Source: Anthoceros angustus (lineage: Eukaryota > Plantae > Anthocerotophyta). Taken from it: a DNA stretch of 64,000 bases. The stretch spans positions 2,232,001-2,296,000 of the forward strand of contig MU008155.1 of NCBI GenBank assembly GCA_010909165.1. Direction: 5' to 3'. The notes under the pieces were generated by a model, which saw only the letters and a list, made by a program, of their open reading frames with translations, was not told the origin of the DNA and made no database searches. Below are positions 21,612 through 34,340 of this stretch, piece after piece; the first letter of the stretch is position 1, and each line of letters starts with the position of its first letter. The position numbers and the translations under genes are program-made.

Positions 21612-24600
21612 TCAAGCGGGGTATCTCGCTTGCTTCACCAGCTTGCAAAGACTCACAACTCTTACAGGAAGTGATCGTAGCAAGGTGCTCCTTATGGCCC
21701 TGGCAATCATCCTTGATGACAGCCGTCCAACGAGCTCAACAGGAAGCAGAAACGCTTGTTGTTGTAAAGTGAGAGGCAGCTGCAAAGCACAAAGACTTCC
21801 TTAGATTTGGTTGGTTGGCACAAGTATAAGTAACCTCACCATGCTAGAAGAGAAGAGGAGAGCCGTTGGGTGGAATATAGTAACTGAAGACTTTGAGTAT
21901 GACGAGAGCAAGCGTACCTCTGGGAAAACCGATAGCAGGGGAAGATATCTAGATGCTGTAGAAGGTATGCCTTGCAAGTTGCGAGAAATTTCCTCCAATG
22001 TAAGAGTTTCATTGCCATTAACCTGAGCCAGAATCAACTGGATGGACTCTTCCTGAACGCCAGGTGGCACAACAGTCACTAAAGGCCGCCCATTCGACTC
22101 GAGTGTAAATGTTACGTCCACGTCTACCTACCTGTTCCGTCGGCTCTCCGGACAGCAAACTGCTGAGACGCTGCAGGTTACCCAGATGTTGCAGATCCTC
22201 TGCTTCCGTCAGCTGCGCTGGAGCAGGAATTGCCAGTGGGATATTCGAAATGACTGCTGCAGCCAGTCTATCAAACGCTGCTCGATTGAATGCATCAATG
22301 CCCTGCAATTAGCCACGGTTGAGAGACAAGTCCCGCTTCCCGGAACCACAGGGACTGTAAACGGAAGGTCAAGACAAGCAAGATACCTTGACAAGCTCGT
22401 CAAGTAGCAAGTCTCGCACAAAGTCTCCCTGGAAAGGAGGTGACCCAGTGTGTATTAGACGATGTCCCCAGCACAAATGAAACCTTGCAGTAGGCATAAG
22501 AAAATTGTACCTCTTTACTCAGAGTGAAACTGAGAGTTCGCTTCACGAGTGCCCTATCCCCATCAGCTAAGTCTTCCTGCTGAGCTAGGACGGCTGCAGT
22601 GCTTGTGGGCTCAGATCTTGTTGGTCTTAAAGCCTGATAAAATCAAACCACATGATCAGGACGTCGGGTATACATCTTGCTCAGATAGGACACCATCCTG
22701 GCTGCCTCTGGTGCAATTCTCAAACCGACGAAGCAGCTGATTTCTTTGTGTATAAGGCGCCATGTCATTTGTACCTCTGTTATCAAAGACTCTAACCGGT
22801 CGATTCTGAAAGTGCCTTCCTGTGATAGAAAAACCAGCAATGGATCAGTAGAGAAACGTGGCAGGCAAGGAGTTCGTTACACAAAGCTGATCAGATTTAC
22901 CTTGTAAAGGAGTGAGCGTAGGGTTGCCCTAAGCTGGGGAGAATCATCTGTGAGAACTTTCTTTGCGATCCAGGGGTACGAACTACTCAGAACTTTGTAG
23001 TTGGGATCACTGCTCAATGCTATGCCCTCCAAAACTGTCAAACTGCATAGAAACAACAGAGTTCAGCTGACCGTCTAGCAGACAAATAGTTATCGGACCT
23101 GACAACTGCAAATTAGATGTCACGGTACTATGACAATGCAGGATATGAACTTGCCTTCTAATAACTAGTGAGAAGTAAGCTGGTATTCTGAACTTAAATT
23201 GGTACCTGTTGCATGGGCCAGATAGAGGTAGTCAGCCACGTTTTCTCATAGAAACAGAAATATACAAACAAGAAGATGAGATTGCCAACATTGTGCGCCC
23301 TAAGTCTCCGGACAAATCCCCAAAACTGATATTCCGAACTCCACTACTGACTGCCTTCTGAAAGATGTCTGCAAAAGTCGACCGTCAATTGTGCAGAACT
23401 GGAGGGTGTCATGAAAGGAGACAGCTAGACTGTGCCGAAATGCTTACCTGTCAAGGCAGTTGCAACTTCTTTCATTTGATTTGTCGGCGGAAGAAGACTG
23501 AAATTGCACAGGAGCACAAGAGTGAAGGAGCCGCCATGCTTGATATACTGGTGCCAAGGTCCAAAAGAATTGCCACTGGCAGAAAGGAGTGTACCCAAGA
23601 GTGACGAAGTCGCCAGCCAAGGCATCGAACTCACGGTTCACCAAGTGCAAGCATGCCTCTACCAAACCGTCCCTCAAATTTTGCTGTATCTCCCCCATCA
23701 TTCCAAAGTCTGGATTACACCATGGAATAAGGAACAGCTCAATGAGTTTGAAAAGGTATAAATCCAGAGTCAGAGGAGGACAGGTGTTGCTCACCCAAGT
23801 AAGCAAGCTTGCCATCTGGAGTTCTGAGTAGATTCCCTGGATGAGGATCAGCATGGTAGAAACCACTATCTAAGAGTTGAGCCAGAGAACAGTAGACCCC
23901 GACCTGTAGCCGATTCATTCAGCAAGTGTGGTGGTAGCACCTTAGTGGTTCTTATGCATTTCAGATCATGAATTTGGTAGCCTACCTCCACAAGGTGCAG
24001 GTCACTGACTTCCGACAGCCTTTGCCCCTGCAAGATGAGAATGTCAACCTCTTGTTGTGACTACCACACGTGTGGTAAACTTGGACGGTTGGAAGGACTC
24101 TCACCTCAACCCACTCCATCATGAGCACTCTTTCGCTGGTCAAATTTGGAAGCATCTTGGGGACGACGACATTGGGCAATGTGCCAAATGCCTTCCTGCA
24201 ACATTTTGCAAGAGACTTTCAAAATCCTAAAACCCCCAAGTCGGACAGATGGTCAAGGTGCAGTTCTGAGAAAAACTACCTGAAGCGCAGCCCATTTTGT
24301 GCTTCGAACTCATAGTCCATCTCCTGCACGACATTAAGCACTTGCGCAGTCAGAAAGGCGAAACCGACCAAGCGCACGATGGGTAGGTAGAGACATAGGC
24401 ATGCGCTAACAGTAGCTCACTCTGAAAAGGCTAGTTGCCCACTCATCCAATACAGCCTGCACATTCAGCATGGTGAGCGTGGTTAGGACCAGCCAGGTCT
24501 AAGTGGAGCCCAGCCAACAATCGTGGCTCTCATATGCTGAAAGGTTAACCCACCTGGAGATCAGTGTTGAGACCCCCTGCCTTACGGGCATATCCAGCCA

Positions 24601-25775
24601 GAAGTCGCAGAATGAAGGTGTCCAGAGCTATTGCTGCTCGAACTCCTGGCCGCTGCACTTTGACAGCCACGGCCTGCCCATCAGCTCGCAGACGAGCTTG
24701 GTAAACCTGTCTTCAGGACAAAAACTGGTAAAGCTGGTGCTCGTGTTTCACTACGTTGTCAACACCAAGCAGGATTCCTGAAGACAAGCACCTGACCAAG
24801 AGAAGCAGCGGCCACGGGCTCTGGCGTTATCTCAGAGAAGAGCTCTTCGACAGGCACTCCCAGCTCCAGTTCTATGATGTCCAAAGCCAGCTCTGTTGAA
24901 AAGGGCGCAATGCGGTCTTGTAACAGGGCCAATTCAGCAAGATATTCGGGCGGCACGACATCCTACCTTTGCGCAACCCATACACAGGCCGGTCAGACCC
25001 TGGTGACTGGACCCACAAACCTCCAACCACCCAGACACTCTACCACGCCATACCAAAACACTTGCGCAAATTACAGCAACTCACTGGGCGTGAAGAAACG
25101 GCCTGAGCAATTTTCACAAACGCCTGCAAGCCCAACCCCCAACAACAAGCCAACCCAGCGTGAGCGGTAAACCCACATGCTCCCCTCCATGCTTCACGAG
25201 TGACCAAGTGTGGTAGGCATCTATACCGGCCCAAGCCGAACCAGAGCAGCACGCAATTCAGCCGCCCGTTGCTTCACACACAGAGAAGAGGAGGCCATCG
25301 TCAGCAACATGTCCCTCCACCTGGATCACGACAATCACCCATCATCCAACCGAGTCCCAGGCACAACTTTCAGGCACATCACCTGGAACATGGTGTCGGA
25401 CCGTCCCAACACGGAATCCAGGTACCGAGCTCCCACCCAGCTCCCCAACGTCCACCCCACCTGCAGAATGCGCCTGAGCAGCAGGAGCGGGCGGCGCCTA
25501 AACACGGCCGCCAGGCGGGCGGCATCGTACGTCACAAACTGCTCGGCCTCATCGAACGCTGCCGCCGCAATGTACCCCGAGGACTGGGTGAAGGTGTCCG
25601 TCTCCGCACTGGCGCGTGCAACAACGATTCCCGAATTCCGCCTCCTCTGCACCTTCCAAGCCTTGGCTCGAACGTGCACTCGTTTCTTGAGCGAGTCGAG
25701 CCCGTGCCTCCGGGAATGCACGCCTCCCCGAAGAAACGCGCAGCTGACACCAGCACAGCTGATGGCCGAAGCCAT
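21612..25775 (-). CDS. ABC1K5: ABC1 atypical kinase, plastoglobule ABC1K5-like, multi-exon
   Basis: Transit-peptide-like N-terminus from ATG 25775. Exons encode [53 protein letters not shown]...[27 protein letters not shown] and [21 protein letters not shown]. The 3' end is approximate. Confidence 0.9.
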
Positions 25776-27002
25776 CGCTCCCTAGGCAGCGGAGAAGCAG
25801 CCTCAGGCACGGAAAATTCCCCACGATTCCCAGAATCTGTGTCAAACAACCTCGACCCCCGCCTCAAGTGTGTCCCCCCCTCCCTTCCCAGCTCCCCAGC
25901 GTACAGCAGCCCTGCTGCCCGCGGCCTGCACCATACCTGCCCATACCCGCCCCTGCCACCGCGCCAAACCGCCCTAAACGCCCATCTCCCTGGCCCAGCT
26001 CTAACAAATGCGCCTCGTCACAATCCACACGTTCCAGCGCCCATCACCTCCCCACGGAATTCAGCTGCTGCTTCAGCAGATCCAGCCACAGCCTGGCAGA
26101 TGAGCAGACCCGTCCACGTGCTCCTCGCAAATTCCTAGTCCCAAAGCCAGAAATCAGCAAATGCGGTCCATCCAGGCGGGCCGAGCTTGCACGCTTGCAC
26201 GCTTGCACCCGGGCTGCTCCTGCCGCGCTGGGCATCTCATCTGCAGGACACAGCGCGCACCTGATGTGGCGTGTGGCCATGGCGCAATCCCGGGCCGGGC
26301 CGGGCCGGGCTGCAACGGGGGCAGAACTTTCGAAACCCCGTGATTCGACACCGTCCCGGATACGAGACGAGACGCGGCTCGAAGACCTTGTGCGCCAGTT
26401 GGACGCGGCAAAACCTGCACCGCTGTTTTACCGCGAGGCGCCCTGGCCCCCGTGGTGGGCCAGGAGGCCATGCGCTAAGCCCGGATTCGCCGCGCCTGCA
26501 CCTTTGAGAGTTACCCTGTCCGCGTCCGTGGATCACCCAGAAACGTTTCTGGGCGATACACAACGATTCGGGTGCTGGAGCGCGCCACGCGGCCGGAGTG
26601 TCCCATTCGGCAAGTCCGACGGCAGGGAAGGAAGGCTCTGGAGGCTGGAGGCCAGACAGCGCCTTCCTCTTTGCTCCGCTGCCCCCGGTAGCTTAGCCTT
26701 GTCCGAGGTGAACTTCCAGGAAGCTGCAGTGGCGGCTGCTGCACTGCAGTGCGGTGTCGGCCGGTTCGCGGCCGTTGCGTTGCTTTGGGCTCGCTCAATG
26801 TTGCATAATCCGGCTGACTGCGGCATGTTGTGCTTTGCTGGAAGCAGGAGAGTGTTGTGGGCAGGATCGAGTGGCGGAGTCCTGATCGGGAAGTGGCTCT
26901 GGGCCTGTGAGGGTGAGGGTGCGGGTGCGGGTGGGATTTCGGTGCCATTTTGGATTCTTTGAGGCGATCCGTGTCAGCTTCTGCCGGCCGGCTGCGGGAC
27001 GC

Positions 27003-28214
27003 ATGGATGCCCGGATTGCGCTGCCTGATGCCCCCAGGTTGCATGAGGCGGTTTGCGCCGTCTGCAGTAAGATGCCTTTCCCTCTGCTGTCTGAAATACC
27101 ACAGGCTTCGAGATCGCAGCAGTCTGACAATGTTCACATCCAGAGAGTTTTGCGGATTCCGCGGGCCGGAGCGAGCGGGGAACAGGCAGCTGCCGGGGTG
27201 ACGGACGCTGCTGGTGGGAGTTCTGTCCATGATGCCAGCTGGTATCGTTGCGAGCCGACATCGGTCATCTTGTCCAAGACGGGCTTTGCCGACATCGTCA
27301 GATGGATGTTTCCGGCAGGGTTATGCTCTCTTGCGAGCAAGGTGTTTAGAAGCGTGGGTGCTTTCTCTGTGCTCTTCAGCGTAGTGGCGTCGGCGCTGCC
27401 GGTGCTGGGGATGGCTCTTGCTGTCAGCCTCTCGCTGCTGTTGCTGGTAGCTACGGTGGCGGGTTCCTTGATTTTCTTCACATGCATCATCCGCTCCCTT
27501 TGTTGGCTCCAAGTGAGGCTCAAGCGAGCGAGTCCGGAGCACGGGAGGGCGGAGGCTCGGCCGGTCGATTTTGCGGTGGACAGAGCTGGCAACAGCCCGG
27601 AGGAGGAGGACGACGGGCTCGTGTTCAAGGGGCTGCGAATTCTTGGCGAAGCCGTGGCAATTGCAGCGGGATTGGTTGATGTTTGGGGTAGCGAGGTGCT
27701 GAGCGAGGCAGTTGCAAATGCTGCTGGCTGGATCGATGCAACCTTCTTCGATGCCGCCTTTTTCCAACACTTTGATGACATTGACCGGGCCGAGGAGCGG
27801 ATGCGTAGCCGTCTGGCATTCCTCAAGACCTTTCCGAGGGTCAAGTTTTCTCAGCTGCGTACGACTTCCTGTTGTGAGACGGAGAAGGCGGTGGGGGAGC
27901 CTGCAGGGGAGGAGGAGGGAGTGCTTTTGTCCACGGATTCCGCAAAGGCCCGTGACGTATCACTCGCAGGCAAGAAGTATGCGCTGGAGAACAATGCCTG
28001 CCCGATTTGTTTGGAGGATTTCGGGGAAGATGATCAAGTCTGTCAGCTAGCACCAATCTGCGTGCACTTCTTCCACTCCAGGTGTATAGATCCGTGGCTG
28101 GCTTCTGGAAACTCTGTGTGCCCTGTGTGCCGCAGCATGCTGTTTCCTGAAGATGACCTAGATATTCCCTCCTTTGACATGGATGATGAACCCTTCAGTG
28201 CTGATGAGTACTAG
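27003..28214 (+). CDS. Membrane-anchored RING-H2 E3 ubiquitin ligase, intronless
   Basis: C-terminal CPICLEDF...CVHFFHSRCIDPWL...CPVCR, with hydrophobic TM segments upstream. First ATG is at 27003. Confidence 0.85.
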   Translation: MDARIALPDAPRLHEAVCAVCSKMPFPLLSEIPQASRSQQSDNVHIQRVLRIPRAGASGEQAAAGVTDAAGGSSVHDASWYRCEPTSVILSKTGFADIVRWMFPAGLCSLASKVFRSVGAFSVLFSVVASALPVLGMALAVSLSLLLLVATVAGSLIFFTCIIRSLCWLQVRLKRASPEHGRAEARPVDFAVDRAGNSPEEEDDGLVFKGLRILGEAVAIAAGLVDVWGSEVLSEAVANAAGWIDATFFDAAFFQHFDDIDRAEERMRSRLAFLKTFPRVKFSQLRTTSCCETEKAVGEPAGEEEGVLLSTDSAKARDVSLAGKKYALENNACPICLEDFGEDDQVCQLAPICVHFFHSRCIDPWLASGNSVCPVCRSMLFPEDDLDIPSFDMDDEPFSADEY

Positions 28215-30179
28215 CTTCCGGCCGGAGGAGAAGAGGTAATCTGGTATTTGTTAGGAGGAGGTCTTGAAAGGAAGACTTGCTTGCTTGGGCAGATGGAGCT
28301 TTATTGGTCATGAGAGTTGGTGGCAAGTTTTGGAGAAGTGAGTCCCAAGCTTTGAAGGATTGTGGGACTCACTAGCTCGCTGGAAGCTACGAAGTGCTTC
28401 CCGCAAGGTAGAACAAGTCTTGCTGAAAAGGTGAAAGTAGCTCTCTTGACGGGTCGTTGCAGCATAGGACAGGGATCATTGGCACTGTTAAGTGCGTACG
28501 CCGTGATGGCCACATGTACAAGTTTAACTCGCTGAGAGAAATATGAATATCGGCGCGTTGTAGGGCACCTGTGTGCCGACTTCCATTATGTGCAAGGCCT
28601 CTCTGTCACCAAATGAGTTGCCTACCATGCCCTTCATCACAGCATGACAAGGAATAGACCGCGCACTGGTGGTGCTGACATCAGAGCTACTACAAGATGC
28701 CGCCGGTGGCATCTTCGGGTACATACAGGAGATGGTGCTGCACTTGCCCTTCCTTCCTGTGAGCTTGACGGGTTGCGAACAGTCGTCACCGACACTGTAT
28801 GCCCCTAGCTGACAGCTCCAAGACGGTGTTGGTGAAGCGCTGGTGCCTGCTGCTGCTGGGCCAAGAAACCCAGGCAGGCTTTTCCACATGATGCTTCGAG
28901 TGCAAGCCGGAGTATCTCACCATCGCAAGTCTTTCTCCCGTGTATGCAAAGTCCATATCAGCATGACACAACCCCTTGCCCTTCCCCTTCCCCTTCAGTG
29001 TCCACATCCCGGATTCCTCCCCCGTGAAGAAAAGACCTCATCCATGCAGATTCCCAGCATCCCACTCCCTCTTTCCGTCCTTCCTTTTGCATCAAGTACG
29101 TGTCCCACTCCCAGCAGCTGCTGCTGACATACAGATCACTCGGGGAAGAGTAAATCAAAACCCTCACAGTTTGCCCGGCTCCGTGCAAGACGGGGAAACA
29201 ACAACTTCAGCGGGATTGATCAGGCATCAGGCCATTGCCCTCTGTACACACAACAAATAGCTATCCAATAGTCGCCTGGCCAGCAGAAGCCCCCACGGCA
29301 TGTGACACATAGAGGCAGCGGCAGCTGTTTCCAAAGGCCCTGGGACAGACGGCTGCAGCAACAGAGGGCTCGTCGCCTGTGCACTAGACTATATGTGTGT
29401 AACAAAGCGGCTCCTAAATATAGAAACGGTTAAGGCAACGATATTCCGAGTTCGGCCGGACTAGGTCTCTAAACCTGGTGGATTAAATTGCTTGAGCGGG
29501 GCACAATTCTGATTAGAGCGCTGGCGGGGTGGCGAAACAGCAGCGTCGCCACACGGCGTCAGTGCTGTTTCTCTACTCGAGGTCGTACCTGGATCTTTGC
29601 CCCTCCTTCTCATCAGCTGCAGGCTGCAGCTTGCATGGGCGGCCTGGTCTGGCGGGCGAAGTCCTGTGCTTGCTAGTCCGAGCCCGTGCTCTTTCTCCCA
29701 TGTACGGCTTCAGGGAACAGGATCAGGTGGAAGCCGGATTCTGCCGGCGTGGAAGCTCTGTTCCTGTCGCTCCACGAGGCCGCAGCAATGTTGACCTCAG
29801 GTGAGCAGGGAGCGGGAGGGACGCGTTCCAGTCCGCCCTGCACCTCGGACCCGGCTGGATGCTCTTCCCTGGTGTCGGAATGCGCTTCATAATTGCCGCG
29901 GGCTGGGCCGGGAGGGAGCCCCCGTCTCCTTGCTGGGGATGTATGGCCGATCGGAGGAGGCGATCCAAGGCCGGTGTTGCTGCTGTTCAGGGCAGGGGCT
30001 GCTTGCCTCTGTGCGGGGCAGGGGACTCCGAGGGGGAGCTGGGGCTGCTTTAGTACGCTGGGGTGTTCGGAATTCGTGTTGCTGAGGAGAGCAGGTGGCC
30101 CATGCGCGGGGCAGGTTGTGGGGGCTTGCGGTTGCGCGGCCGGGGGCGTGCAGGAGAGAGGGCAAGGGCGTCGGGGGCC

Positions 30180-31821
30180 ATGGGGAGCGTGAATTGTCAT
30201 CAGGGCCACTCTGTGGTGGAAGGGAGTGTTGTGAGCCCCCGGAGCCCGCTTTCTTTGGGTTGCTACAGGGGCCGGGGGGATCGGGATCTGAATGGCAGAA
30301 CGCACAGGCACCGTGGTAGGCATCGTGCTAGGCATGTTGAGGGACTGTTCAAGCCCGGTTTCCATTTCCGCTACCAAGTCGTGCTCAATGCGACGTGTCC
30401 TCATGGGCAGTATGCTGCGGTTGCGCCAGCGTATGATTTGCACACGTCGCAAAAAGTGGCAGTGAAGGTCGTCAGCAAGACGAAGGTGGGTGTGGTGCGG
30501 GCACGGGGACTTGATGTTGTTGGAATTGCTGTTTCGATTTCTCGGTGGCCTGAGGGCAAGTATGTCGTTTGTGGGCTGGGGTTGCAGCTCATGAAGTGTT
30601 GGAAGAAGGGCAGTCGAGGGGAGGATGTGAGAGCGGAAGTTGAAGCCTTGCAGAAACTGGCGACCCAGCCGAATGTGGTGCAGTTTATTGATGCATATGA
30701 GGACACTGACTTCTTCTACATTGTTATGGAGTGAGTTTGCAATTCCTCCTAATTAGTTCTGACTTGCATGGCCGGGGGCAGGGATGGGAGAAGAATCTGC
30801 GTTTTCAGGATGCTCAGTCTGCTGCTCCGTGGCTGCAGATTCTTGGAAGGTGGCACGCTGTTGGACTATGTGAAAAACGCTGGTCGGCTTGATGAAGAGC
30901 AGACCGTTTTTCTCCTCCGTCAAATGCTCACTATTATCTGTTTATGTCACAAGGAAGGTGTATGTCATCGAGATCTTAAGCTTGAGGTTCGTCCATGGGT
31001 GCTTACAAAATTCCATGTTTCCTGTGGCCAGATTCTGTTGTGCTTATAGCTGGCTTCCCTGTTCAGAATTTCTTGTTTGCTTTCCCGGAAAAGGACTATC
31101 CATTGAAGGTGGTGGACTTTGGATCAGCTGCTTTCTTCAACCATGGTGAGGACTCCCCAGCCCCGCCTAGGAATGTATCTCCTCTCGCTCTCTTGTAAAA
31201 TCAGCCTCGTTCTTGCTACGAATCGAACCTTGACACTGTATTCCATGGTCACAGGAGAGCTCAATCCTTTTGAAGACTTGGTGGGTACTTTGTTGTACAT
31301 GGCACCTGAAATTATGAAAGGAGCCCAGTATGGGATTGCTGCGGACGTTTGGAGTTTGGGAGTCATTCTCTACTCGATGTTGTCTGGCCACTTCCCCTTT
31401 GCAGCAGTGGTAGAGAAGGTGACTTTCCGCCCCGGCCTTCATTAAAGCCGATCAGGTTGACATGCAGATGAATTGCTCTTAGGATTTCGCACCTCACCTT
31501 CGTCTGCCTCGCTGATCAGGATTTGAAAGAACAGGTTCTTCATAAACCCGTGGACTTCTCTTCCCCGGAGTGGGTTGGCATATCTGCCAATGCTATCGAC
31601 CTTATCCAGAAAATGCTGGAGAAGGATCCGGACCGCAGGATATCGGCGTCTGAAGCACTTTGTGAGTTCCCGTTTTCTCCCATCCTGATTTTCTGTTATC
31701 CGCAATACTAGTAAAGAAGCTGAATTGATACGTTGTGAAGCACGTACTGAATCGACCTCCTCTTGCAGTGCATCCTTGGTTTCAAGAACACGATGCAAGG
31801 AAATTGAGTTCTCTACCGTAG
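30180..31821 (+). CDS. CDPK/CAMK-family Ser/Thr kinase without junction or EF-hand domains (7 exons)
   Basis: Start is MGSVNC (an in-frame ATG also lies at 30102). Motifs: [62 protein letters not shown], then TAG at 31819-31821. Introns are short GT-AG. Confidence 0.85.
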
Positions 31822-32064
31822 CATCGATGCTACATTCACTTAAGCAAATTTTGTCGGTGGCACGTTATATTATAAGCATTCTTGCAACAAGTTGAGTTCA
31901 CTTAGCACAAGCTGCGGCGGGAGGGTAGGGATTCATAGTTGTATATACCTAGTAATTTACTTTTATGCGGGTCATTCATTGGAATTAAGTTATTTACCCA
32001 TCGGAGTTATTTAACCGATCGAGCGGGTTATGTACATCATTTTGGGTCTCAGAGGATGAGGTTG

Positions 32065-32760
32065 TCTTAGCAGCAATGTGTGAAGAGATATGAAGCAATG
32101 GTTACCAAGTATGAAGCAATGGTTAGCCAGCAATGTGTGAACAGACTTGAAGCAATGTTCTCCAGTATAATCCATGGACTGTGAATGGTTAGCCAGCAAT
32201 GTGTGAACAGACTTGTAGCAATGTTCTCCAGTATAATCCATGGACTGTGAACAGTCTTGAAGCAGTGGACAATCCAAGGAGTATGAATAGACTTGAAGCA
32301 ATGGACAATCCAAGGAGTGTGAACAGACTTGAAACAATGAAGCAATGGTTATCGAGTGCAATCAAGGTGTGTGAACAGACTTGAATGAGGATGAGACTGT
32401 CTTAGCAGCAATGTGTGAAGAGATATGAAGCTATGGTTACCCAGCAATGTGTGAACAGACTTGAAGCAATGGTTACAAGTGTGAAGCAATGGTTATCCAA
32501 TACAATCCAAGGAGTGTGAACGAAGCAATGGACAATCCAAGGAGTGTGAACAGTCTTGAAGCAATGGACAATCCAAGGAGTGTGAACAGTCTTGAAGCAA
32601 TGAAGCAATGGTTCACGAGTGCAATCCAAGGTTGTGAACAGACTTGAAGCAATGTTTACCAAGTGCAATCCAACCTTGAAGCAACAGTTACCAAGTGCAA
32701 TCCAACATATGTGAACAAGATCTGAAGTAATGGTTACCAAGTGTGAACCATATGTGAATA
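32065..32760. repeat. Complex minisatellite (GAAGCAATGG / GTGTGAACAGACTT modules)
   Basis: Many shuffled repeats of the same modules. Confidence 0.85.
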
Positions 32761-32892
32761 GATTAGACGTGAAATGAGAGTTAGCTTGTATTCCACTACA
32801 AAGTCAGATGTGAAATGAGAATTAGCTGTGTATTCCACTACAATATTAGACAAGAAGAAATCTTCCAAGATAAGATTTGTGTGGCAAGATCG

Positions 32893-33070
32893 TCCTCAAG
32901 ATTCAAACAAAGTTGAGATCCCTACTGCCCAAGCTGTTTCACGTATAAAGTTGCTCAAGATTCAAACAAGTTGAGATCCCTTCTGCCCAAGCTGTTTCAT
33001 GTATAAAGGTGCTCAAGATTCAAACAAGTTGAGATCCCTTCTGCCCAAGTTGAAGCTGTTACATCTATAA
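32893..33070. repeat. ~59 bp tandem repeat x3 (CTCAAGATTCAAACAAGTTGAGATCCC...)
   Basis: Directly visible. Confidence 0.85.
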
Positions 33071-33102
33071 AGCTAAGGGGCTACGATGTACAGTTTGGTC
33101 AT

Positions 33103-33160
33103 AGCACTAATGTACATAATATGGCATGATAATTATATACATATTATGTACATTAGTGCT
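33103..33160. repeat. Perfect 21 bp inverted repeat with a 16 nt loop
   Basis: AGCACTAATGTACATAATATG (33103-33123) pairs with CATATTATGTACATTAGTGCT (33140-33160). Confidence 0.9.
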
Positions 33161-33262
33161 GCGTACAGTTTGCAACCATTAAGGGCATCACGTTCCGGCC
33201 GCCGTTAGTCAAGTCAATGTGGTCTTCAAACAGTATGGCGGTCTTCAGACGGTATCTCTGTC

Positions 33263-33530
33263 CGGTTCACTGACATGGCCCCGCAAACCGCAAACAACTT
33301 CGTGTTGGAAACATGCGAGAAATTATCTTGGTTCACTGACATGGCCCCGCAAACCGCAAACAATTAACTTCGTGTTGGAAACATGCGAGAAATTATCTTG
33401 GTTCACTGACATGGCCCCACAAACCACAAACAACTTCGTGTTGGAAACATGCGAGAAATCACCTTGGTTCACTGACATGGCCCTGCAAACCGCGAACAAC
33501 TTCGTGTTGGGAAACATGCAAGAAATTACC
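33263..33530. repeat. ~66 bp tandem repeat x4 (GGTTCACTGACATGGCCCC...GGAAACATGCGAGAAATT)
   Basis: Directly visible. Confidence 0.9.
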
Positions 33531-34340
33531 TTTATACGTTCAACCATCACCGACAAAATGACCGCTTTATCCATGTGCCCGTTCCTAACCTAAGTTAAAC
33601 CTCATTCAATATGCTCATTGAGGCTCCTCGAATGGGGAATGGGTACTCATGAGAAGGCAAAAGACAATGCGTTGTGTTCGTTGGGCAATGAGGAAATGAT
33701 GATAGCTTTGACGAATGAGGTCAGGTCATCACCTTTCCACAGCTGGCCTACATGCTGCTTGGCTAGGGCTCGCACAAAGTGTGGGTAACTTTTTTCTCAC
33801 TTTTTTCTCTTTTGTTGTAAGAAATTATAGTTTTCGTTCAATCTAACTAGGTAAAGCTTACATGGCAAATGATAAAAGCAAACGATGATTGGCATACTGA
33901 ACATAGCTTTATAGGGCAAACCACCTGGCCAATGGTGCTTTAAGGGTGATGAATTCTCATGCTGCCCTTTGAAAAGGATTTCACAAGTATATGCTAGCCT
34001 CCACAAAGTAATTGAATGCCTACATATTGAAATCAAATAATTTAGAAATAAAGGTCGCGTGGATCAAATTAAGCACAGAACTGCGGATCTCCTCAAATTG
34101 AAGTCCACCTACATGGTATTTTTGGATCATTTGTACACCAAAAATTCTTTTTTAAATCACAAAAGGCATCCGCACCCGGAGCGGCATCCCCATGCCAAGC
34201 ATGACACAATTTGGCACAGACCTAACTATTCAATTGAGGAGAGTGCATAAGAAACGGCCATAGCCGCTTCTTATGCCCTCTCAACTTGGGTTACCAAGCC
34301 AACCACACCCCACGGAAACGTGTCCCCTCCCCTCCACGAC

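Noticed and set aside
25200-26962. Long ORFs 25200-26138 and 25868-26962
   Set aside because: They are GC-rich, antisense to ABC1K5 exon 1 or in promoter/UTR sequence, and have no recognisable motifs. An upstream exon of the RING gene cannot be excluded.
28500-29300. Coding-like GC segment between the RING and kinase genes
   Set aside because: No recognisable motif or coherent exon chain in any frame.
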